DNA of 58,023 bases from an uncultured Mycoplasmatota bacterium. Its GTDB lineage: Bacteria; Bacillota_I; Bacilli_A; RF39; UBA660. This document shows positions 40,115 through 49,448 of this stretch, piece after piece (positions within the stretch are counted from its first letter, which is position 1; the number at the start of each line of letters is the position of its first letter). The notes below the pieces were generated by a model. It made no database searches and was not told the DNA's origin. It saw only the letters and a list, made by a program, of their open reading frames with translations. The translations under genes and the position numbers were made by a program. Location of the stretch: contig UQVP01000004.1 in assembly GCA_900544605.1 (NCBI GenBank), forward strand, positions 1 to 58,023, read 5' to 3'.

Positions 40115-40903
40115 TCAACATTCGTTGACATTATTATCATAACCATTATTATTTTCTTTATACAAAATTTTTAATAAAATTATTAAAACTATAAAAAAAA
40201 CAAAAAATAATATAGTAGTTAAAAAGAGATTAATTTTAATTATAAAATTTATAAGTAATACAGTTATAGAATTAAGACAAACATGAATTATAATAGGTGT
40301 CAAAACATTATTTTCTTTTTCATAGCTTTTAATTAAAATAAAGTTTAATAGAAAAGCATAAATAAATTGAATTATATTTCCATGAAATAAACCAAATAAA
40401 ATACCTGTAATAATTATTGCAGTTGTTCTTTTATGCAATAATTTTAATTTTTCATAAACTATTCCTCTAAATATTAGTTCTTCTAAAATAGGTCCAAATA
40501 TACCAGTTGTTAATAGAGCAACTATAATGTTTCTATTTGTCAAATCATACAAATTAGTAAAGTAAACTATTTTATTTAAGCCACATAATAATAAATTATA
40601 ACTAAGAGCCATACATATTCCTATTAAAACATATAAAACTAAATTATTTATTTTTAAGTGTTTTAAGCTTACTTTTACCTTCTTTGATAAAAAGGAAAAC
40701 AATAACAAAAATGATATTATTACTATTAGCAATTTATAATTAGAAATAAAAATATTTAATTTTTCTTGATATAATTCTGTACCAATTTCTAAATTAGTAT
40801 TTAGATTAAAAATAACAGTAAAAAGGAATACTAAAGAAATTTCTGTAATTATTAATAAAAGCGGGTAAAAGATTATTTTTAAATATTCTTTGGCTTTTTT
40901 CAT
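40115..40903 (-). CDS. CPBP-family intramembrane metalloprotease
   Basis: EELIFRG and FGLFHG motifs in a polytopic membrane protein. Confidence 0.85.
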   Translation of the reverse strand: MKKAKEYLKIIFYPLLLIITEISLVFLFTVIFNLNTNLEIGTELYQEKLNIFISNYKLLIVIISFLLLFSFLSKKVKVSLKHLKINNLVLYVLIGICMALSYNLLLCGLNKIVYFTNLYDLTNRNIIVALLTTGIFGPILEELIFRGIVYEKLKLLHKRTTAIIITGILFGLFHGNIIQFIYAFLLNFILIKSYEKENNVLTPIIIHVCLNSITVLLINFIIKINLFLTTILFFVFFIVLIILLKILYKENNNGYDNNVNEC

Positions 40904-40904
40904 T

Positions 40905-41513
40905 TTAATCCTTTAATTTCTTTATTTTTACTTTTATTCTTTGTAAAGCATTATCAATTGCCTTAATATCTTTATCTAATATTTCAGCTATTTCTTTATA
41001 ATCAAAACCATTTATTTTTAATTCAAATACTTGTGCTTCAAAATCAGTTAATATATCACTAACTTCTTTAACTAAATCTTTTTCATTCTCACCATTAAAA
41101 AGAATTTCTTCTGGATTATAACTATTATCGGTTAGACTTTTATCATAGACATAATCAGTATTATTTTCATCAGTATTTTCTAAAGATAATGAATCATTTA
41201 AAACCTTATGTTTTAACCTTCTAGATGAAACCACCTGAGATATTATTTTTCTTTCAATACACATTTTAGCATATGTATAAAAACTAGTATCTTTTTCTTC
41301 ATCAAAAGAATTCATAGCAAGATTAAGTCCAAGCATACCTTCTTGTATTAAATCATTTAATTCAAGTCCTGTATTTTTACAATAACCAAGCATACGGTTA
41401 GCAGTTGCTAATATCAATGGGCGATACTTTTCAAATAACACTTCACTAGCTTCTTCATTTTTCTCACTTATATATGATAATAATTCATAATCATTATAAT
41501 CTCTATAATTCAT
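40905..41513 (-). CDS. sigH: sigma-70 family sigma factor, SigH-like
   Basis: 202 aa with regions 2 and 4 (DLIQEGMLGL, YKEIAEILD). The order mrnC-rlmB-sigH matches the B. subtilis yazC-yacO-(yacP)-sigH synteny. Confidence 0.8.
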   Translation of the reverse strand: MNYRDYNDYELLSYISEKNEEASEVLFEKYRPLILATANRMLGYCKNTGLELNDLIQEGMLGLNLAMNSFDEEKDTSFYTYAKMCIERKIISQVVSSRRLKHKVLNDSLSLENTDENNTDYVYDKSLTDNSYNPEEILFNGENEKDLVKEVSDILTDFEAQVFELKINGFDYKEIAEILDKDIKAIDNALQRIKVKIKKLKD

Positions 41514-42208
41514 TAGTTTCTACCTTTAATAGCTTCATATATAACAATTGCGGTTGCGACTGATGCATTTAAACTATTAACTTTTCCTTTCATTGGAATA
41601 GTAGCTATAAAATCACATGATTCTCTAACTATCCTACTCATGCCAAACCCTTCACTACCAGTTACTATTGCCATTTTACCAGTATAATCAATCTTGGTAT
41701 AATCAGTACCATCCATATCTGTCCCAACAATCCAAAAGCCTTGTTTTTTTAAATAATTTATGGTGTTTTTTAAATTAGTGACTTGAGCAATCTTAACATT
41801 ATCTAAAGCTCCAACACTTGTACGCATTACAGTACTATTAACTTCTACTGTTCTATTTTTAGGAATAATAATTCCATCTACTCCTGCAGCTTCACAGGTT
41901 CTAATGATTGCTCCAAAATTATGTGGATCTTCCAAATGATCAAGAATTACAAGTAATGGGTTTTCTTTCACAAGTAATGACTCAATATCAACATATTTAT
42001 AATCGTCTACTTTAAAAACAATTCCTTGGTGATTTCCTTCAACTAATCTATCTAGTTCATGTTTTTCTACATATTTAACTGGCACATGTTTTTTATTTAA
42101 CTTATCAATAACCGCATTATCTGAAAACTTTTTATATAAGATGGCCTCTTTAATATGACGCTCATTTTTTAAAACTTCATTAATAACATTTTTACCATAT
42201 ATAAACAT
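41513..42208 (-). CDS. rlmB: 23S rRNA (Gm2251) 2'-O-methyltransferase RlmB-like
   Basis: SpoU motifs ILDHLEDPHNFGAIIRT, IVTGSEGFGMS, SLNASVATAIVIYE. Confidence 0.9.
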   Translation of the reverse strand: MFIYGKNVINEVLKNERHIKEAILYKKFSDNAVIDKLNKKHVPVKYVEKHELDRLVEGNHQGIVFKVDDYKYVDIESLLVKENPLLVILDHLEDPHNFGAIIRTCEAAGVDGIIIPKNRTVEVNSTVMRTSVGALDNVKIAQVTNLKNTINYLKKQGFWIVGTDMDGTDYTKIDYTGKMAIVTGSEGFGMSRIVRESCDFIATIPMKGKVNSLNASVATAIVIYEAIKGRN

Positions 42209-42209
42209 C

Positions 42210-42578
42210 TTAATTCTCCTTTATATAATTCATTATCTCTTCTATTCTTTTATTATCTTTTTTTAAATATAAATGTCCAATAACAGCTTCTAATCCTGTT
42301 GCATATTTATAAGTTGAAATATCACAATTCTTTGGTCTATGATCAACTTTATGATTACGAGCTCTAAAAATAACATTTAATTCTTCATCTGTAAAGAAAT
42401 GTTCATCTATCATTTTGGATAAATAATTAAATTGCGCCTTAGCACTCACATATTTTATTGCTTCTTTTTGTAAATCATTTACTTTGCATATTCCTTTAGA
42501 AAGCAAATATTCTCTTATATAAACTTCATATATAGCATCTCCAATATACGCAAGCGCTAAAGAATTTAAATTATCCAT
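42210..42578 (-). CDS. mrnC: mini-ribonuclease III
   Basis: LALAYIGDAIYEVYIREYL. Start at ATG 42578, behind GAGGAG; the track start overlaps rbgA. Confidence 0.9.
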   Translation of the reverse strand: MDNLNSLALAYIGDAIYEVYIREYLLSKGICKVNDLQKEAIKYVSAKAQFNYLSKMIDEHFFTDEELNVIFRARNHKVDHRPKNCDISTYKYATGLEAVIGHLYLKKDNKRIEEIMNYIKEN

Positions 42579-42582
42579 AAAC

Positions 42583-43446
42583 TCACTCCTCAAATCTATC
42601 AAATGTAATATTTTTAATTAAACCGTCTTTAATATCACTCATTATCACTTGAATTACTTTATCATAATCTATTTCTCCACCTTTAATAAGACAACCTCTT
42701 TTTTTACCTATAATATCTAGAGTATTTACGATATCCTCATCTATCTCTTTTATACCATAACGACTTTCTAGTTTTTCTGGATAATATTTTTGTAAAGCTC
42801 TTAAGAAGTATTCAATTACTTCATATATTGGTAATATTTCTTCTCTAATCGCTGTAAAACATGCCAGATTAAATGCTACTGTTTCCTCTTCTAGCTTAGG
42901 CCATAAGATACCTGGTGTGTCTAAAAGTTCAACATCTTCATTAATTCTAATCCAATTTAGATTCTTTGTAACACCTGGCTTATTACCAACATTAACAGCT
43001 TTCTTTCCAACCAAACGATTAATTAGTGTCGATTTACCTGCATTAGGAACACCAATAATTAACACTCTAGCACGTTTTTCATTCATACCTTTCATTGCAC
43101 GTTTAGCATTCGTTTCACTCATAAGCTCTTTAGTTTTACTAAATAATGGTTTTAAGTTAGGATTATGTTCAAGATCAAGACATACTACCTCTTCTCCATT
43201 AGATTCATAATACTTAATCCATTTCGTTGTTTCTACTTTATCACATAAATCCATTTTTGTAAAAACTAAAATACGTGGTTTATTAGTAACTTTTATATCT
43301 AAATTTCTAACACGGGTTGAGTATGGTATTCTAGCATCAACTACTTCATATACAATGTCTATTGCATCTATATTTTCATTTATTAGTCTCTTAGTTTTGG
43401 CCATATGACCTGGATACCAATTTATATTTACTTTATTTTCATTCAT
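42583..43446 (-). CDS. rbgA: ribosome biogenesis GTPase A (YlqF)
   Basis: INWYPGHMAKTKR. Circularly permuted G motifs in the order TKMDL, GVPNAGKST, DTPG. Confidence 0.95.
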   Translation of the reverse strand: MNENKVNINWYPGHMAKTKRLINENIDAIDIVYEVVDARIPYSTRVRNLDIKVTNKPRILVFTKMDLCDKVETTKWIKYYESNGEEVVCLDLEHNPNLKPLFSKTKELMSETNAKRAMKGMNEKRARVLIIGVPNAGKSTLINRLVGKKAVNVGNKPGVTKNLNWIRINEDVELLDTPGILWPKLEEETVAFNLACFTAIREEILPIYEVIEYFLRALQKYYPEKLESRYGIKEIDEDIVNTLDIIGKKRGCLIKGGEIDYDKVIQVIMSDIKDGLIKNITFDRFEE

Positions 43447-43459
43447 CTAAATCAACTCC

Positions 43460-43527
43460 TTAAAGCTCTGAATATATATAAGTATACCATAAAAAAGATA
43501 GATTTTATAGTAACCTATCTATATTTT
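43460..43527 (-). repeat. 68-bp direct repeat, copy 1 (contains a terminator hairpin)
   Basis: 67/68 identical to 44582-44649. Contains AGATAG-N13-CTATCT (43496-43520) plus T5 on the minus strand. Confidence 0.9.
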
Positions 43528-43549
43528 ATTAAAATATCAATTCTTTATT

Positions 43550-44545
43550 TTATCTATTTTCTTCCAAATATTTATTATAAAACTCGTCCATTGAAGATAT
43601 ATATTTTTGATCTTGTATTACTCTATATTTTTCATATTCAATTTCTGCTTTTTCTATTGCCTGTTTATGAGAAACATTACCACTATTTTGTAATACTTCT
43701 TTTCTTCTAAATTTCAACAAATCATCTGTAGCATTTATCCAATCTTGCATTGTCATAATATGTTTTTCTTTTGCTTCATCCTCTGCAAATACTAAAAACA
43801 TATTAGTTAGATCGTTTAATTTATTTAATTCTTCTTCATTTAAATAATTTTTTGCAACTATTACATCATACTTATATATTAAACCATTAGGAGAATTTTT
43901 CCAAGTTGTAAGGCCCATATGTTTTTTTCCTGAATCAACCCTATTATATATTAGTTCTGCAGCTGTATATCCACTAATAGCATAATGCAATTTATTTTGA
44001 ACTATTTTAAAAAAAGTATAAGCTTCTTCTGATTTTTGATTATAATCAATTGAAGTTGCAATAAATAAATCTGTAATTTTTTGATATGCCATTCTCTCAC
44101 TAACTCTAATTATTTTAATACGCTCTAATAATTCGTCAAAATATTTAGAATCATATTTATTTCCTTTTATAAATCTTTCATCATTCAAAGCAAATCCCTT
44201 TATCATATATTCTTTTAGTATTTTAGTTGCCCATATTCTAAATTCTGTTGCTTTTTTAGAATTAACTCTATATCCTACTGCAATTATGGCATCTAGACTG
44301 TAGACTTCAGTATTATAATTTTTACCATCTTCTGCAGTTATTTCCATTTTGGAAACAACTGTTTTTCTATCTAATTCTCTTTCTTCAAATATATTTTTTA
44401 AATGTTTAGATATTGCTGGTACACCAACTTCAAATACCTTTGACATTCCTTTTTGTGAAAGCCATAATGTTTCATCTTTATATATAGCATCAACTATAAT
44501 ATCTCCATTACTATTTTTATATATAATTAAGTTATTATCTTTCAT
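43550..44545 (-). CDS. rhuM: RhuM-family protein
   Basis: 331 aa. The N-terminus IIVDAIYKDETLWLSQKGMSKVFEVGVPAISKHLKNIFEE and the rest follow the RhuM pattern as I recall it. Confidence 0.75.
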   Translation of the reverse strand: MKDNNLIIYKNSNGDIIVDAIYKDETLWLSQKGMSKVFEVGVPAISKHLKNIFEERELDRKTVVSKMEITAEDGKNYNTEVYSLDAIIAVGYRVNSKKATEFRIWATKILKEYMIKGFALNDERFIKGNKYDSKYFDELLERIKIIRVSERMAYQKITDLFIATSIDYNQKSEEAYTFFKIVQNKLHYAISGYTAAELIYNRVDSGKKHMGLTTWKNSPNGLIYKYDVIVAKNYLNEEELNKLNDLTNMFLVFAEDEAKEKHIMTMQDWINATDDLLKFRRKEVLQNSGNVSHKQAIEKAEIEYEKYRVIQDQKYISSMDEFYNKYLEENR

Positions 44546-44581
44546 AAGTTCATCTACTTTCTTTTAGTTTTAAATCATTTT

Positions 44582-44649
44582 TTAAAGCTCTAAATATATA
44601 TAAGTATACCATAAAAAAGATAGATTTTATAGTAACCTATCTATATTTT
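44582..44649 (-). repeat. 68-bp direct repeat, copy 2
   Basis: See copy 1. Here it serves as the terminator of the SIS-domain gene. Confidence 0.9.
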
Positions 44650-44661
44650 TATTTTAATTTA

Positions 44662-45576
44662 TTATAAATTTCCATTATATTTATAGAGCTTCTTTACAAT
44701 TGGATTATAGTCAACTCCAGATAAATCTTTATTTTGTTTCTCAGCAATATATTTTGTTAAATACATACATTTAATTAAAAGAATATATTCTGATATAAAT
44801 GAATCACTGGCATCTAATATAATTACATTTTTATAATATTCTGATAATTCACTAATTAATAATTTATCTAACTCAGTATTTAAATTAAAATAAATAGCAA
44901 TATTATTAGTAGTAGTTGACAAAGTACTTCTTCCGTGACAATAAGAATACTTATCATGTACAATTGGTAAACCTATTCCTGCTTCAACCATCGTCGATTC
45001 TAAAAACTTACTTGCAACAGAAGTTTCTAGTCCTGAAAAAATTTCATATGCAGTACAATCTATATTAAAATTATAATTATAAGGTTTCATAATTTCAATT
45101 ATTCTTTCTTTATTACCATCTAGATAATAGTTAAGTAAAATACTACATGGCACTAATGTTGCAGCTAGAGATATAAAACTGTGTTCTTTATCATTGCAAC
45201 AATATGTCAAATTAATTATTCCTTCAGTATCATTTTTCTTACTAGCTAATAAATAATGTTTCATATTATTTAAAAAGGCTAACTCAACGCCATAATTATT
45301 TCCAGAATAACTACAAGATAAAACATTTTTAAATCCAGCTAAATTTAAATATTTAAAATCTCTTGGTTCTACATTTCTAGTTATTATATTATTTTTTTTA
45401 TTTAGTATTTTTGAAGCATAATCAGAAACAACACTTGAACCACCAACACCAGAAATAAGGGTTGGTTCAGTTATTTTTGATAATTCATAATTAATCCTTT
45501 CTAAGTCAGTATTATATAAACTATCATATACCCTACTTCCTATTTTTTCAAAATTTTCTTTCATATTTTTTTCCAT
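44662..45576 (-). CDS. double-SIS-domain protein (PGI/PMI-like sugar-phosphate isomerase or binding fold)
   Basis: ISGVGGSSVVSDYASKIL and LSCSYSGNNYGVE match the SIS GxGGS and SYSGNTxE motifs. A second SIS-like half follows. 304 aa. Confidence 0.65.
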   Translation of the reverse strand: MEKNMKENFEKIGSRVYDSLYNTDLERINYELSKITEPTLISGVGGSSVVSDYASKILNKKNNIITRNVEPRDFKYLNLAGFKNVLSCSYSGNNYGVELAFLNNMKHYLLASKKNDTEGIINLTYCCNDKEHSFISLAATLVPCSILLNYYLDGNKERIIEIMKPYNYNFNIDCTAYEIFSGLETSVASKFLESTMVEAGIGLPIVHDKYSYCHGRSTLSTTTNNIAIYFNLNTELDKLLISELSEYYKNVIILDASDSFISEYILLIKCMYLTKYIAEKQNKDLSGVDYNPIVKKLYKYNGNL

Positions 45577-45630
45577 AAAAAATCCTCCTCAAGTAATTAA
45601 TACCACTTAAAGAGGAAATATTTCGTCTAC

Positions 45631-46215
45631 TTAAAATTTTTCATCTAATAATTCTATTTTATTTATTCTTTTTAATTCAAAATGTCTTAAATCATTTCTT
45701 AATTCACAAAATGCTGCGCAACCCCAACCGGTATCATATAAAAACATATCATATGGTCTAATAGTTCTATCTTGATTTCCATTGGTAAATGAATAATAAT
45801 TAATTTTAACTTTTCTTTTTTCTTTAATAGCTCTGGTTAGTATGTTATAGCTGTTTTTAATATCATCTTTTAGTTCTATCTTTTCATCGTTAGAATTAAA
45901 ATATACTCCATGAACTTTATCTGCTATAATTTGCAATTTTTCTTTGTCTTGTTCATCTACATTCAAATTTTTTAAAAATTCATAATCTGATTTTGAAAAC
46001 TTTCTTGTTGGAATTCTAACTTTTTGATTTAAAACATAACCACCATATGGTCCCATCAAAGTATCAATATAAATGCCAGCTTTTTCAAGTTCTTCTTTAT
46101 ATACACGTATCATTCTTTCAGATACTTCTAATTTATATGCTAATTCCTTAATGTTATATTTTCTTCCATTTTCTAAATACTGAAGCATAAGAATAACGTT
46201 AGATATTTTTGACAT
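45631..46215 (-). CDS. HTH plus WYL-domain transcriptional regulator (YafY-like)
   Basis: N-terminal HTH YNIKELAYKLEVSERMIRVYKEELEKAG. C-terminal WYL-type IRPYDMFLYDTGWGCAAFCELRNDLRHFELKRI. Confidence 0.75.
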   Translation of the reverse strand: MSKISNVILMLQYLENGRKYNIKELAYKLEVSERMIRVYKEELEKAGIYIDTLMGPYGGYVLNQKVRIPTRKFSKSDYEFLKNLNVDEQDKEKLQIIADKVHGVYFNSNDEKIELKDDIKNSYNILTRAIKEKRKVKINYYSFTNGNQDRTIRPYDMFLYDTGWGCAAFCELRNDLRHFELKRINKIELLDEKF

Positions 46216-46238
46216 ATTTCAAAACGCTCCCTAATATC

Positions 46239-46847
46239 TTATTCATTATTACCAGCTTTATTTTCAAAACTAAAATCAACTACATTATATCCTAACTCTT
46301 TTAATTTATTATATACTACACTTGGAGAAATACCTAATAAAGTATTGTAATCACCTTCAATTTTGTTTATAAACAAAGATGCTTTACCCTCTGGAACAAA
46401 GCCACAACATTTTAAAATTTTTTCTTCATTATTTACATACCATGTTGCTTCTTCATCTGTTATTTCATTAAAATACACATCTACTTTAGAGCTTAAACAT
46501 ATAACTTTTTCTTGATACAAATCAATCAAAGTTATACCTGTATATGCTGTACACTTACTATTTGATAATTCCTTTAATCCTAAATAAGCTTCTTCTTTAT
46601 TTTTGGGCTTCTCATATATTTTGTTATTACTATATATTATAGTATCTGCAGAAACAATTATTGCTTTACCATCAATTTGTTTTTCAACAGATTTTGCTTT
46701 ATTTAAAGAAAGTTCCTCAACGTATTTATCTGGTTTTATTTGTTTACTTTCTTCTGGCACATCACTAGTAATAACATCATATTTTAATCCTATCATATTA
46801 AATATATCTTGCCTTTGTTTTGAAGCTGAAGCTAATATTATTCTCAT
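46239..46847 (-). CDS. maf: Maf-family nucleoside triphosphate pyrophosphatase
   Basis: MRIILASASKQRQDIF...SADTII...YTGITL. Confidence 0.9.
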   Translation of the reverse strand: MRIILASASKQRQDIFNMIGLKYDVITSDVPEESKQIKPDKYVEELSLNKAKSVEKQIDGKAIIVSADTIIYSNNKIYEKPKNKEEAYLGLKELSNSKCTAYTGITLIDLYQEKVICLSSKVDVYFNEITDEEATWYVNNEEKILKCCGFVPEGKASLFINKIEGDYNTLLGISPSVVYNKLKELGYNVVDFSFENKAGNNE

Positions 46848-46859
46848 TTTATATCACCT

Positions 46860-47225
46860 CTATAATTTTATTTTTTTATATTTTTTTATAATTCTCTTAC
46901 TTATATATTTTCTTTTTATATTTTTTTCTAATAAAATTTTTTCATAAGAAACAAAATTATCATCAATCATTACAAAACCTTCATTTGTTTTTACATTACT
47001 TATATCATTACTACCTTTAATATTTGCATTATCATCTGTTACAAACAAATCAACAAAAATAGAATCTCCCTTTTTATAAAGTAAAGTGCGCCTTTTAAAA
47101 CTAATATCATACGTAAAAGTTGCTAAAGATAAGGGAGCATAGTTTGGCCCATAATTTAATTTTTTACTATCTAATGAATAGATATCACCAACAAATAATT
47201 TATCTACTCTCATATTTTTATTCAA
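46860..47225 (-). CDS. hypothetical protein
   Basis: 121-aa ORF with a Lys-rich tail and no motif. Confidence 0.5.
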   Translation of the reverse strand: MNKNMRVDKLFVGDIYSLDSKKLNYGPNYAPLSLATFTYDISFKRRTLLYKKGDSIFVDLFVTDDNANIKGSNDISNVKTNEGFVMIDDNFVSYEKILLEKNIKRKYISKRIIKKYKKIKL

Positions 47226-47249
47226 CCATTCTTTCTAAATTATCTAATA

Positions 47250-47795
47250 TTAACGACATAATTCTAATACTTTTTTCATTGTGTTAGCAGTTCTTATTAT
47301 TATTGAGTTTCTTATAATTGTACTTGCTGTTTTACTCCACCAATTAGTTTTCCTATAATTTTTTAAATCATATGACCAAAAAATACTATTTTTATATTCT
47401 TTTATTTTTTCAAGTTCAATTTTTGGTTCTCCTAAAGCTTCATAAACATCTTTATATGTTGTAGGTGGAATTATGAATATAATATTATCATAAATATTCT
47501 TATCACCTGTTCCCCACCAATCTGGTTTATTGCTTAAAAGATTATTAAGTTCATCTGATTTAATTACAAAAACTGGTATTTTAAGATTAAATTTATTTTC
47601 AAGCATTTTATAAATATCATTACTTATTTTAACTTTATCATTTATATTGCTTGAAAATATAACATTGCCACTATTTAAATATGTAACAACTTCTTTATAA
47701 CCTAGTGATTCAAACCCTAATTTTAATTCTTGCATAGGAATTTTATTTTTACCACTTATATTTATTCCTCTTAATAACGCTACAAACTTTTCCAA
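47250..47795 (-). CDS. DUF1697-family protein
   Basis: FVALLRGINISGKNKIPMQELK is the characteristic DUF1697 N-terminus. Confidence 0.8.
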   Translation of the reverse strand: MEKFVALLRGINISGKNKIPMQELKLGFESLGYKEVVTYLNSGNVIFSSNINDKVKISNDIYKMLENKFNLKIPVFVIKSDELNNLLSNKPDWWGTGDKNIYDNIIFIIPPTTYKDVYEALGEPKIELEKIKEYKNSIFWSYDLKNYRKTNWWSKTASTIIRNSIIIRTANTMKKVLELCR

Positions 47796-47796
47796 A

Positions 47797-48399
47797 TTAC
47801 ATCATCTCATTTTTTATATATTCATTTACCATTTCTAAAGCCTTTTTACGAGGGCTTATTTTTAATTTCTCTTCAGTAGAAATTTGCGCTAAAGTATTAC
47901 CTGATTCTAATTCAAAAATTTCATCAAAACCAAAGCCATTTTCTCCACGAGCATTTTCACTTATAACACCATCTAATATAGCTTCAAAAGTTGCTTCATG
48001 ATTTTTATCTTTCAAAGCAATTACAGTTGTATAATGACAACTTCTTTTTTCTTTTGAAACACCTTCTACTTTTTTTAACAACTCTAGATTCTTAGTATGG
48101 TCATCAGCATTCATAAAACGAGCGGTATGCACACCAGGGAACCCATTTAAAGCATCTATTGATATACCAGAATCATCCGCAATACAAATAAATTCATCAC
48201 CAAGTTCGTTATATAAGCAATTAACTTTTTCTAATGCATTTCCTTTAAAAGTATCTTGTTCTTCTGTTACAATTATTTCTTTTCCTAATTTTTCTTCCAT
48301 ATCTTTTATTGCTAAAACATCATAATCTTTGAAAATTTCTTTAATTTCTCTTATTTTACCTTTATTGTTAGACGCAACTACAACAACTTTTTTATTCAT
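47797..48399 (-). CDS. rdgB: RdgB/HAM1 non-canonical purine NTP pyrophosphatase
   Basis: VVASNNKGKIREI...DDSGISIDALNGFPGVHTARF...GFGFDEIF. Start at ATG 48399, behind GGGAG. Confidence 0.92.
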   Translation of the reverse strand: MNKKVVVVASNNKGKIREIKEIFKDYDVLAIKDMEEKLGKEIIVTEEQDTFKGNALEKVNCLYNELGDEFICIADDSGISIDALNGFPGVHTARFMNADDHTKNLELLKKVEGVSKEKRSCHYTTVIALKDKNHEATFEAILDGVISENARGENGFGFDEIFELESGNTLAQISTEEKLKISPRKKALEMVNEYIKNEMM

Positions 48400-48469
48400 T
48401 TTTATCACTCCCTAATAAGTCCATTATATCACAAAAAAAGTAGATTTCTTCATCTACCCTTTAATAATT

Positions 48470-48844
48470 TTAATCTCTATTTGTCCTTTGTTTTTTTAAA
48501 AATTCTATTACTTTTCTATCTTTTGGTCTATTTAATTCTTCTTTCACCTTTAAACATTCTTTTAAATTCATAAATTTTATCCCATCAATTATAACAACTT
48601 CATCTGGAAAGTAGAAATTATTTCCTATTTCAAATACATCATAATACTTTATATTTGTTTTAGCTGCGCCTAATTTTTCTTTCCATTTAATTTTCTTATA
48701 ATAATCTTCACTACAACTCAAATCTATATCAGTAGTATTATCTATTATATTTTGAACAACTAATGACGCCCCACTTATAACAATAATTTCATTTAAATCC
48801 AAATTAATATTTTTTAATTTAGATATAATTTCTTTTTTATTCAT
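48470..48844 (-). CDS. small nucleotidyltransferase-fold-like protein (tentative)
   Basis: 124 aa from ATG 48844. That ATG overlaps the upstream stop (ATGAATAA). SGASLVVQNIIDNTTDIDLS resembles the GS...DxD minimal NTase motif. Confidence 0.45.
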   Translation of the reverse strand: MNKKEIISKLKNINLDLNEIIVISGASLVVQNIIDNTTDIDLSCSEDYYKKIKWKEKLGAAKTNIKYYDVFEIGNNFYFPDEVVIIDGIKFMNLKECLKVKEELNRPKDRKVIEFLKKQRTNRD

Positions 48845-49385
48845 TAATCCATGTATTTCCATTGTCAACGCTATAATAAACTAAATCTTCATTATGATCT
48901 ACAATATAAACTGAACACTCTAATTTCAATTTATCATTTTCATAATAAGGCATCTTTTTGATACTTATTAAATCAACATTTTCATTGTTATATGTGATTT
49001 CTGCTTGTTTAAATGTAATTCCTCCATCATTAGTTACTAGCAGTCCCTTAAAATTTCTATTTCTATCTAGATAGCCAGTGTCTATAATAAAACCTAAATT
49101 CTTATTTAAAAATTCAAACTTAGCTTCAAGACTTACCTCTACCATTTCTTCAGTAACTTTTTCAAAATTTTTACCATTATTATTACTTTTTTCTACACCA
49201 ATAATCATTCTTTGTCCTAAACTATAATCATATCTTTTAACTTGTAAAATTTCTTCATCAAAAGCTTTAGTGTAAACTATATCTTCATCGTTAAGTAATT
49301 CTGGTGTTTTATCTAAAATCATTATTAAAAAAATGATTCCTATAAATAATATAACTATTAATAAGCTTACTAAAAGTTTTTTCAT
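48837..49385 (-). CDS. membrane-anchored protein with Asp-box (BNR) motifs
   Basis: 182 aa from ATG 49385 (RBS GGTGGTGA). TM anchor LLVSLLIVILFIGIIFLIMIL. Asp-boxes TNDGGITF and SVDNGNTW. Confidence 0.65.
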   Translation of the reverse strand: MKKLLVSLLIVILFIGIIFLIMILDKTPELLNDEDIVYTKAFDEEILQVKRYDYSLGQRMIIGVEKSNNNGKNFEKVTEEMVEVSLEAKFEFLNKNLGFIIDTGYLDRNRNFKGLLVTNDGGITFKQAEITYNNENVDLISIKKMPYYENDKLKLECSVYIVDHNEDLVYYSVDNGNTWINE

Positions 49386-49422
49386 ATCATCACCACCATA
49401 ATTATACCATTTATTCATAAAG

Positions 49423-49447
49423 AAAACATCTCTTAAAGAGATGTTTT
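49423..49447 (-). terminator. terminator after the collagen-like gene
   Basis: Perfect 11-bp stem AAAACATCTCT-TAA-AGAGATGTTTT directly after the stop. Confidence 0.75.
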
Positions 49448-49448
49448 A

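Noticed and set aside
44662-46215. Calling the WYL regulator plus 304-aa protein an anti-phage defence system.
   Set aside because: The 304-aa protein carries clear SIS sugar-phosphate-binding motifs, which favours a metabolic regulon. It is kept only as a low-interest open question.
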